The position numbers and the translations under genes were made by a program. DNA of 36,621 nt. Origin: an uncultured Candidatus Binatia bacterium. Its GTDB lineage: Bacteria > Desulfobacterota > Binatia > UBA9968 > JAJDTQ01. Positions within the stretch are counted from its first letter, which is position 1, and every line of letters starts with the position of its first letter. Shown piece after piece: positions 28,556 through 36,621 of this stretch. The stretch spans positions 1 through 36,621 of the forward strand of contig CBDESP010000006.1 in NCBI GenBank assembly GCA_965242525.1. The letters run 5' to 3'. The notes beneath the pieces are model-generated. The model was not told where the DNA came from. It saw only the letters and a list, made by a program, of their open reading frames with translations, and searched no databases.

Positions 28556-29614
28556 GTGACTGCGATCAGCCCCCTCGACAGTCTGTTGAACCGGCTCGGC
28601 CTGCCCGGCGCGGCGCCGCCCACGCCACCCGAGCCGGCCTTCACCGTGATCATGCGCACCCAGGGGCGGCGGCCCCGGTCGCTGCGGGAGGCGATGGCCT
28701 CCCTGGCCGCCCAGAGCCGGCCGCCGGACTTCGACGCGGTGGTGGTAGCCCACGGCCCCGAGGGCACGGCCGGCGCCGTCGAGGCCGACTTGAGGGGAGC
28801 GGCCGAGGCCGACTCCGGCTCGCTGCCCGCCCGCTGGTCGGTCATCTCCGCGGTGGGCGGGGGCCGCTGCCGACCCCTCAACGCCGGTCTGGACGCAGCC
28901 GGCGGCGATTACGTCGCCTTCCTCGACGACGACGATCTGGCCGGCCCAGATTGGCTGGCGGTCTTCACCCGAGGGGCGGCCGAGGCCCCGGGCCGGATCA
29001 TCCGGGCCGCCTGCGGGGTGCAGACCTGGGCCACGGCCGGCACCGCCGAACCCCAGGCCCCCCTCGGTCCGGTCGAGCATCCCTACGCCGACCGGTTCGA
29101 CCTGCTGGCCCACCTGTCCCACAGCGAGACCCCGATCTGCTCGGTGGCCCTGCCCCGCCCGGGCCTGGAGCGCTTCGGCCTGCGCTTCGACGAGGACCTG
29201 CAGGTGTGCGAGGACTGGGACCTGATCGTGCGGGCCGCCCTGCTGATCGGCGTTCACTCGATCCCCGAGTCGACCTCGCTGTACCGGCGAGGCGACGGGG
29301 CCAACTCCCGCAGCGAAGCCGACGAGGCCCAGTGGCGGGCCGACCGGGAGCAGGTGATCGTCAAGCTCGAGGCCGAGGCGTTCGTGCTGGACGGCCCGGC
29401 GGCGAGGCGCCTGGCCGAAGCCCACTTCGTCTCCGGCGGCGGCCCTGACGCCATGGTGGAGGCCATAGACACCCGGACGCTTTTGGCCGCGCTGCCCAAA
29501 CGGCTGCGGGCCCGCCTGGCCCTGACACTGCGGAGAGCAGCGGCCAGGATGCGGCGGACAGACACCGGGGGCGGGGGCGATCCGACAGACGAAGCGGCCC
29601 GGGAGCAGGGATGA
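28556..29614 (+). CDS. Glycosyltransferase family 2
   Basis: 'FTVIMRTQG', 'LNAGL', 'YVAFLDDDD', 'EDWDL'. Start uncertain (28490, 28547 or 28556). Confidence 0.85.
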   Translation: MTAISPLDSLLNRLGLPGAAPPTPPEPAFTVIMRTQGRRPRSLREAMASLAAQSRPPDFDAVVVAHGPEGTAGAVEADLRGAAEADSGSLPARWSVISAVGGGRCRPLNAGLDAAGGDYVAFLDDDDLAGPDWLAVFTRGAAEAPGRIIRAACGVQTWATAGTAEPQAPLGPVEHPYADRFDLLAHLSHSETPICSVALPRPGLERFGLRFDEDLQVCEDWDLIVRAALLIGVHSIPESTSLYRRGDGANSRSEADEAQWRADREQVIVKLEAEAFVLDGPAARRLAEAHFVSGGGPDAMVEAIDTRTLLAALPKRLRARLALTLRRAAARMRRTDTGGGGDPTDEAAREQG

Positions 29615-30405
29615 TCCGCACCGGCCTCATGCTCGTCCGCAACTTCGCCGAGCGCGAGACGAAGGCCCGCTACAAGCGCAGCGCCTTAGGCTGGCTGTGG
29701 TCGCTGATCAAGCCGCTGGTGACGGTGGCGGTCTACAGCCTGGTGTTCGGGGTCATCTACCGGGCCGCCCCGCCGGTCACCGCCAACGGCAAGGCCGAGA
29801 CCTTCGCCCTGTATCTGTTCACCGGGCTGGTGGTGTGGAACCTGTTCACCGAGGTGGTGACCGGGTCGATGCAGTGGCTCCAAGGGGTCAGCGATCTGCG
29901 CAAGAAGATCTACTTCCCCACCGAGACGGTGATCCTGGGCGGCGCGGTGTCCACGTTCCTGCAGAGCACCCTCGAGGCGCTGGTGCTGGTGGCGATCATG
30001 ATCGGCTTCGGCAACATCTCGGCCACCGTGCTGTTTCTGCCGGTGGCGCTGGTGCTGGTGGCCGTGTTCGGGCTCGGCATCGGCTTCGTGGTGTCGATCT
30101 TCAACGCCCGCTACCGCGACACCGAGCACTTGGTGGGGATCGTGCTGAGCGTGACCTTCTTCCTGATTCCCATAGTCTTCACCCCCGACCTGGTGCCCGA
30201 GGAGGCCTACGGGCTGCCGGTGCGGAGGATGATGGAGCTGAACCCCCTGAACGCCATCGTGGCCGTGTCCCGGGACGCGGTGTATTTCCTGGAGGTTCCG
30301 TCGGTGTCGAGGCTGGCCACCGCAGCCGGATGGGCGGCCGCCTCCTTCGGGATGGGCCTGCTGTATTTCCGGCGGCGGTCGATGCAGATAAGCGAGGAGC
30401 CGTGA
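29611..30405 (+). CDS. wzm: Polysaccharide ABC exporter permease
   Basis: 'KARYKRSALGWLWSLIKPL', 'KKIYFP', 'YRD', 'LNPL'; multiple TM helices. Confidence 0.9.
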   Translation: MIRTGLMLVRNFAERETKARYKRSALGWLWSLIKPLVTVAVYSLVFGVIYRAAPPVTANGKAETFALYLFTGLVVWNLFTEVVTGSMQWLQGVSDLRKKIYFPTETVILGGAVSTFLQSTLEALVLVAIMIGFGNISATVLFLPVALVLVAVFGLGIGFVVSIFNARYRDTEHLVGIVLSVTFFLIPIVFTPDLVPEEAYGLPVRRMMELNPLNAIVAVSRDAVYFLEVPSVSRLATAAGWAAASFGMGLLYFRRRSMQISEEP

Positions 30406-30454
30406 GCGCGGGCGCCGCCGGCCCTGCACCCGGCCCAAGCGAAGGCCAGGCGCC

Positions 30455-31240
30455 GTGAGCGCGTCGTCCGGGAACGGGGCGGCGGCCATCGAGGTGGAGT
30501 CGGTGTCGAAGCGGTTCCGGCTGGAGTTGGACCGGCCCGGGTCGCTCAAGGAGGCCATCCTTAGGTTCGGCCGCCGGGACGTGCGCGACTTCTGGGTGCT
30601 TCAGGACGTGTCGCTGCGGGTGCGGTCGGGGTCGTTCTTCGGGCTGATCGGCCACAACGGCAGCGGCAAGTCCACCCTGCTGCGGCTCATCGCCGGCATC
30701 CACCGGGCCACCACCGGCGAGATCCGCACGTCCGGGCGGCTCTCGGCCCTGCTGGAGTTGGGCTCGGGGTTCCATCCCGACCTGACCGGGCGGGAGAACG
30801 TGTTCCTCAACGGGGCCATGCTGGGCCTGGGCCGCCGCCAGATGGCCGCGGCCATGGACGAGATCATCGAGTTCAGCGGGATCGGCGAGCAGATCGACGC
30901 CCCGGTGAAGATCTACTCCAGCGGCATGTACGTGAGGCTCGGCTTCGCGGTGGCCGTCAACGTCGATCCCCAGATCCTGCTGGTGGACGAGGTGATCGCG
31001 GTGGGCGACGAGGAGTTCCAGCAGAAGTGTCTGCGCCACATGGACCGGATTCGGGCCGCGGGCAAGACGGTGTTGGTGGTGTCGCACGACTCGGCCCTGA
31101 TCCGGGGGCTCTGCGACGAGGCGGCCTGGCTCGACCACGGCCGCCTGCGGTGTGTGGGCGACCCTGACGAGGTGGTGGACCGCTATCTCGACCACGTCGC
31201 CTCCGGCGACGCCGACCCCACCCTCACCGCCCGGGATTGA
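30455..31240 (+). CDS. wzt: Polysaccharide ABC exporter ATPase without C-terminal binding domain
   Basis: 'GHNGSGKSTLL', 'GFHPDLTGREN', 'YSSGMYVRLGFA', 'LLVDE'. Confidence 0.93.
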   Translation: MSASSGNGAAAIEVESVSKRFRLELDRPGSLKEAILRFGRRDVRDFWVLQDVSLRVRSGSFFGLIGHNGSGKSTLLRLIAGIHRATTGEIRTSGRLSALLELGSGFHPDLTGRENVFLNGAMLGLGRRQMAAAMDEIIEFSGIGEQIDAPVKIYSSGMYVRLGFAVAVNVDPQILLVDEVIAVGDEEFQQKCLRHMDRIRAAGKTVLVVSHDSALIRGLCDEAAWLDHGRLRCVGDPDEVVDRYLDHVASGDADPTLTARD

Positions 31241-31261
31241 GATGACTGAGATGATGAGGCC

Positions 31262-32008
31262 ATGACTCCCCCGAGGGCGCCCGAGACAGCGGCCGGGTTC
31301 GAGGCCCGGCTGTCGGTGGTGATGCCCTGCTACAACGAGGCCGCGACCATCGACGAGATGGCCGCCCGGGTGCTGGCCAGCCCCCACACCGCCGAGTTGG
31401 TGATAGTGGACGACGGCTCCACCGACGGCACCCGGGATCTGCTGGCCCGCATGGACGACGAGAGGGTGAGGGTGCTGCTCCAGCCCCGCAACCAGGGCAA
31501 GGGGGCGGCGCTGCGCCGAGGTTTCGCCGAGGTCACCGGCGACTTCGTGATCGTGCAGGACGCCGACTTGGAGTACGACCCCGCCGACTGGGGCGAAATG
31601 CTGGACCCTCTGCTCAGGGGGGTCGCCGACGTGGTGTACGGCTCGCGTTTTCAGACGGGCCAGCCCCGCCGGGTGCTGTACTTCTGGCATTTCGTGGGCA
31701 ACAAGTGCCTGACCTGCCTGTCGAACGTGTTCACCAACCTAAACCTCACCGACATGGAGACCTGCTACAAAGCCTTCCGCCGGGAGGTGATCCAGTCCAT
31801 CACCCTGGAGGAGGACCGCTTCGGGTTCGAACCCGAGGTCACGGCCAAGGTGGCGGCCGGGGGCTGGCGGGTCTGGGAGGTGGGGATCTCCTACTCGGGG
31901 CGCACCTACGCCGAAGGCAAGAAGATCAACTGGATCGACGGCGTGAGGGCGCTGTACTGCATCGTCAAGTACGGGATCGCCTCCCGCCTCCAATCCCGAA
32001 AGCGCTAG
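31262..32008 (+). CDS. GT2, DPM1-like polyprenyl-phosphate glycosyltransferase
   Basis: 'VVMPCYNE', 'VDDGSTDGT', 'QDADLEYDP', 'TDMETCYK', 'RTYAEGKKI'. Confidence 0.92.
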   Translation: MTPPRAPETAAGFEARLSVVMPCYNEAATIDEMAARVLASPHTAELVIVDDGSTDGTRDLLARMDDERVRVLLQPRNQGKGAALRRGFAEVTGDFVIVQDADLEYDPADWGEMLDPLLRGVADVVYGSRFQTGQPRRVLYFWHFVGNKCLTCLSNVFTNLNLTDMETCYKAFRREVIQSITLEEDRFGFEPEVTAKVAAGGWRVWEVGISYSGRTYAEGKKINWIDGVRALYCIVKYGIASRLQSRKR

Positions 32009-32032
32009 CTCGCCGCCCTTTCGGGCGAGGGG

Positions 32033-32365
32033 TTGACTCCAAGTCAGCCAACCCACTCGGACCAGCTCGTTTCGGTCCGCTTTCTCAAGGCAGTCGCAAA
32101 ACTCCTAGAGGGTCGCCGCAACGCTATCCAAAACAGAGACCGCAAGACAAAGCTCCTGTTCGGGGACATGAGCGAAGACGCACCGACGAAGTACAATGTG
32201 GGCCGGTGGACGGCCGTCCACGATTGGGCGGTCAGCCTGGTCCACGTGGGCCTGAAACCGATTAAGGCCAACGACGAGGAATCGCTCATGGAGCATTTTC
32301 GTGTCTTCGAGGAGGCGCTGACGGTGATCATGGATCGACACTACGAACCCAAGGACGGAACATGA
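32033..32365 (+). pseudogene. Module copy 1, small gene A, 5'-truncated
   Basis: Aligns by eye with the C-terminal half of the 35018-35609 product (W..(V/T)..WA....H, HF.....L..I..R.YE.KD); ATGA overlap with the next gene. Confidence 0.65.
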
Positions 32366-34906
32366 CGAGTTCTTGGACTCCGCCGGTACCCAATCAATTG
32401 GAGGAAATCTCGACGCTGGTAGACGAGCCGAGGAAACGAGCCCACTTCTTCAAGCGTCTCAAGAACCCCGAGTGGGTGGCACCGCTGCGAGAACACGGCT
32501 TCTTCGCCTCTCCTCCGAAGGCGTGCGAGGATGAGTGGGGCACCACCTGTTTTCCGATGTGGCCCGAAGGTCTCTACCTGGCTCGCATGGCCTCATTGGC
32601 ACCCGACGCGGTTCTCGCCGTCCTCGAAGAAACCGCTCCGAGTGACAACCCGACAGTGACCGGCTACCTGTTGAGCGCGGTGGATTCGCTGCCGGACGAC
32701 CACTTACGCAGGATCGGAAAAAGGATAACCGAGTGGCTTAAGGCTTCAGACGCTGAATATTACGCATGGGAAGCGATAGATGTCGTGTCGCGTCTTCTTG
32801 ATGCGGGTCAGATTGAGGACGGGCTGGCAGCAGCCAGAGTAATATTGGAGTTGAAGCCTGATCCGCGAGATAACAAGAAACTAGAATCTCTTCTCCACGC
32901 CCGTCCCCGGCCGATGGGGAAATTTCCCACATACGATGACGAATACCCCGAACTAGAATACCAAAGTATTTTAGAAATTCTAAGCAATAAACTGATCACA
33001 AAAACCGGGATCAATGGATTTATAGTTCTGTCATCCATTCTCGAAGACATGCTCAGCATGAATGATAGAGATAATGAGAGATACAAATCAGGCAACTATT
33101 CTTACATATGGAGACCCGAAGTAGATCGCTACTCAAAAGGCGCATACTACGGCATAGAGCACGACCTAGTGACCGTCGTGTGCGACGCCACGCAACGATT
33201 GTCTGGGCAAAGTGAGGGCGATCTCAAATCCGTGATCCAACATCTCGAATCTAGCACGCTCCTTCACATCCGAATCGCCTTGCATGTTCTGGCGTTCTCC
33301 GAACACGGTGCGAACCTGGCCGCCGAGCGGATCTCCAACCGAGAGCTATTCGATGATCACCGGCTGAGGCACGAGTACGCCACGCTGCTTCGTCGGCGTT
33401 TCGGCGATGCGGACCCGGACGCTCGAAGAAAGGTGCTCGGATGGATCGCGTCCGGCCCCGACATCGAGGCCTACCTGCGGTACGGCGCGGTATGGGACGA
33501 CCCGCCTCCCAATGAGGCCGACGCACAGCGCTTTGCCGACTCCTGGCGGCGAGACTGGTACGGCGTCATCGAGAAGCATCTCGACGGCTCGGACCGCGAG
33601 ATCTACCTGAGGCTGGTATCTGAACTAGGCCCGCCCGAAGAACCAGACTTCCCGACGCTCGGGTATTCAGGTTGGACCGGTCCGGAGAGTCCTCTGACCG
33701 TCGAGGAGATGCGAGCCCGCTCACCCCGAAGCGTCGTCGACTATCTGCGAAGATGGCAGCCCGCCGACGATCCCGGCAAGCTGGAAATGCCCTCAGTCGA
33801 GGGTCTGGGCCTCGCCTTAGAAGACGTCGTGCTGTGGCGAGCCGACGACTATGCCCCCCTTGCCGAATCTTTCATCGGCCTGCACCCGGTTTACTTGGCG
33901 GGATTCTTCGCCGGGCTCGCCAGTGGTTTTAGAAGGAGCGCCTTCTCTTGGTGCGAGCCGCTGAAGCTCGCCGATCTGGTGACTTCACACCCGCTCGGAC
34001 CCGCTAAGGACGCTGCACCCCGAGGACAGAGTCGCGAGTGGCAGAGATGTCGGCGCGAGATAGCCGCGCTCCTGGGTTCAAGCTTCGCCAACCCCGACCA
34101 CCAGATCTCGTTCGAGTGGAGGGCGTCGGTGTGGCGGCTGCTCGCCAGGCTCGCCACCGATCCGTACCCGCCGCCTGAGCCAGGGGTAAGCGATGCCGAT
34201 CCCAGCGACGCTCTGGCTAGGTCCATGGATGACAACCCGGCCATGGCCATGCACGTGGTGATCGGATACGCCCTGTGGTGCAAGCGGCAGCTTGAGTCGT
34301 CGGGCGCCGATGTGAGCGGAGGGTTCGATCTCATGCCCGAGGTCCGGCCGGTCCTCGAACGCCACCTTGATCCCCAGCGCAGCCTCTCCCCCGTCGTTCA
34401 CTCGGTTTACGGGAGTTCGCTGCCCCGGCTGATCCTTTTAGACGAAGCCTGGGTTGTCGAGCACCTCGACCGCATATTCCCAAAGGCTCCAGAGTCGGCG
34501 GCGCTGCTCGACGCAGCGTGGGCCGCGTACGTCCACAGTTGCCGGGCCAAAGATTTCAGCGTTCCGCGTGCTTCAGGCCGAGTACGAGGCGGCGATCCGG
34601 CGCATGCCGTCCCCGCCGGAGCCCCGAGACCGCGACCGCTTCCGTGACGACAACCTGAGACTAGGCGAGCACCTCGTCACCTTGTTCTGGGAGGGCACGG
34701 ACAACGGCGACCTCATCCGCCAGTATTTCTACCGAGCCAGCGACAAGCTGACCGACGAAGTGATGGATTTCGTAGACACCCGACTGGCCAGCGCCGAGGA
34801 AGCGGCCTCCCCGACCGTGGAGGAGCGCGTGCAGTCTCTCTGTGACGAACGGCGATCGGCCCTCCGCGATCTGATCCGGCCGCCCGGGCCGGCCGCAGAC
34901 GGCTGA
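32362..34906 (+). CDS. Module copy 1, large helical-repeat protein B of unknown function; apparent frameshift near 34555
   Basis: 'HFFKRLKNPEWVAPLREHGFF', 'SYIWRP', 'RHEYA.LL'. Protein-like continuation 'SAFRVLQAEYEAAI..LGEHLVTLFW' is in the +1 frame after TTT at 34554-34556. Confidence 0.75.
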
Positions 34907-34953
34907 CGGGACGACAGCAGACTGAGGCTGCAGCCGGGACATCAGATCCGGGG

Positions 34954-34981
34954 TTGCTTTCAGACGAGCGGGTGGTATACT
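34954..34981 (+). promoter_or_regulatory. Sigma70-type promoter for module copy 2
   Basis: TTGCTT, 16-nt spacer ending TGG, then TATACT; AAGG upstream of TTG 35018. Confidence 0.55.
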
Positions 34982-35017
34982 GAAATATATTATAACTCCT
35001 ACTGGTAAGGTGCAGTT

Positions 35018-35609
35018 TTGGACGCTGACCGCCGCCGCATCCTCGAATGGCTCGAAGTGAAGGCCCCCACGCTCGCACCCGTATATGATGGGGCGGTCCG
35101 AATGATCCTGGAACCCGAGTTTCCGGGCCGAGTTAATTTCATCGCCCACGCGATGAGGGAAATCATGAATCGATTACCAGATATCTTCGCAGAAGAATGA
35201 AGAATCCTCCGGCCACACGGACTATCATAAGCTGACAAATGCGATAGCTGACCACTGGAGTCCACCCACTTCTAGCCCAGACCAAGTGACGATTTCTATA
35301 AGATGCGCTGATGCCATCCGAAATCTTGTCCAAAGACACCAAACCATACCGGGGAAAACTCGTGATAAAGCCATAAGATTGTTCAAGAGATCAATAGGCA
35401 GTGAACCACCTATATACACTATAGAACTATGGGAATCAACCCGAAAGTGGGCTGCCAGTAAAGCCCATATAAGGATCACAAATCACGAATTGGAAGATAA
35501 CGAACTTATAACTAAACACTTCGACAACCTAGACACATTACTAAGAGCTATCTTGAATCGGTCATACGAGAATAAGGATGAACTTGATGAAGTCCTGGAA
35601 TCCTCCTAG
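35018..35609 (+). pseudogene. Module copy 2, small gene A (~197 aa), frameshift near 35198
   Basis: 'FPGRVNFIAHAMREIMNRLP' joins in the +1 frame to 'EESSGHTDYHKL..W..WAASKAH..ELDEVLESS*'; low GC. Confidence 0.7.
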
Positions 35610-36621
35610 CACTGAACTATTAGATAAGTTTACTGAATTGGCTAGTAAGCTAGAGAGTCGCGCCTACTTTTTTTGAGCGCCTCAAGAACCCGAAATGGGT
35701 TAGTCCGTTGCATGAACGTGGCTTTTTTAATGACCCTCCTAAACCGGAAAAGGATGACGAAGGATACATAATATTTCCACTATGGCCCGAAGGGTTTTAT
35801 CTGACAAATATGGCTCCGCTTGTGCCCAAAGAGATAGTTACTATTCTCAAAGAATTAGAACCACCCGATAATCCGGTGGTAGTTCGTCATGTTTTAAATA
35901 TCGCAAGTTCGCTGCCTGTATCGGATCTTCAACTAGTATCTAACAAGATAACTAAGTGGTTTAAAACAGAAGTAATAAGATATGCATATAAATTCGTAGA
36001 TGAAGCAGTACGATTCGCATCGTGCCTCACCAAAAGCCGGAAGAGGTGACGATAGTCTCACCATAGCCAAGGAACTTTTAATGGTTCAGGCATATGCTCC
36101 ATCACCTGAAACTATTGAAGTGGGAACTCTTACCAATCTGAGAGTAGTTGGAGGGTTTTCAGAGCAAAAGTATGAGGATGTAGCAGAATGTTTATTTAAG
36201 ATATTGGTTCCTCATACAGATTTTAAGGGATTGAAACTATTTTCTAACCTTCTTGAACGCGCACTTTATATTAGTGATCCTCCTGATGAAATATCTACCC
36301 CAGGCCAGTTTTCATATATTTGGCGACCAGCCATAGAAGATCATATATTAAATCATGGGAATGATATCAAGGACATTTTGATAACGATAGTTCGTGATGC
36401 GGCTATCCAACTATCCCATAAAGGTGAAGAAGAACTCAAAAATATTATTGATTTTCTAGAGACAAGAACTCTGCTACACAAGCGAATCGCTCTTCATAGT
36501 CTTACCCTGTCAGAATATGGAACTTCACTTGTCGAGAAACACCTATCTGACAAAGATCTGTTTGACGACCGGTGCGTGAGGCATGAGTATGCCAAATTGC
36601 TTCGGCAACGTTTCGGTGATA
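35587..36621 (+). pseudogene. Module copy 2, large protein B (runs off window), frameshifts at T7 (35668-35674) and A4 (about 36032-36035)
   Basis: Reconstructs to MKSWNPPS..RAYFFERLKNPKWVSPLHERGFF..SYIWRP..TLLHKRIALH..LFDD..RHEYAKLLRQRFGD, collinear with copy 1. Confidence 0.8.

Noticed and set aside
1-36621. tRNA, rRNA, prophage or transposase genes
   Set aside because: None recognisable by eye.

Overview
High-GC actinobacterial-type DNA; gene content and FN3 lipoprotein suggest Acidimicrobiia, possibly a host-associated lineage (inference). In order: a truncated restriction-modification-like fragment, a DUF222/HNH gene, a Mo-hydroxylase/SsnA/LLM/PRTase purine-type operon, an M20 carbamoylase and fabH, a low-GC AAA-ATPase + PIN-like island, housekeeping and accessory genes (MOSC, amidohydrolase, FN3 lipoprotein, aminotransferase, VOC protein, two-component system with a divergent secreted protein, udk, ogt), a surface-glycan cluster (4 GT4, 2 GT2, methyltransferase-like, wzm/wzt), and two tandem, diverged copies of an uncharacterised two-gene module (small helical protein + large helical-repeat protein). 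Most notable: (1) an ~83-bp structured element just downstream of the DUF222-HNH gene recurs inverted at 7879-7960, with conserved flanks and a covarying hairpin, bracketing the purine operon; (2) the tandem two-gene module and the ATPase+PIN pair look like uncharacterised defence systems; (3) a purine operon in which an LLM enzyme may replace the usual reductase; (4) strand-skewed, homogenised GT4 domains. Many accessory genes carry 1-nt frameshifts, several in homopolymers, so some may be sequencing errors. All product calls come from motif recognition by eye, without database searches.
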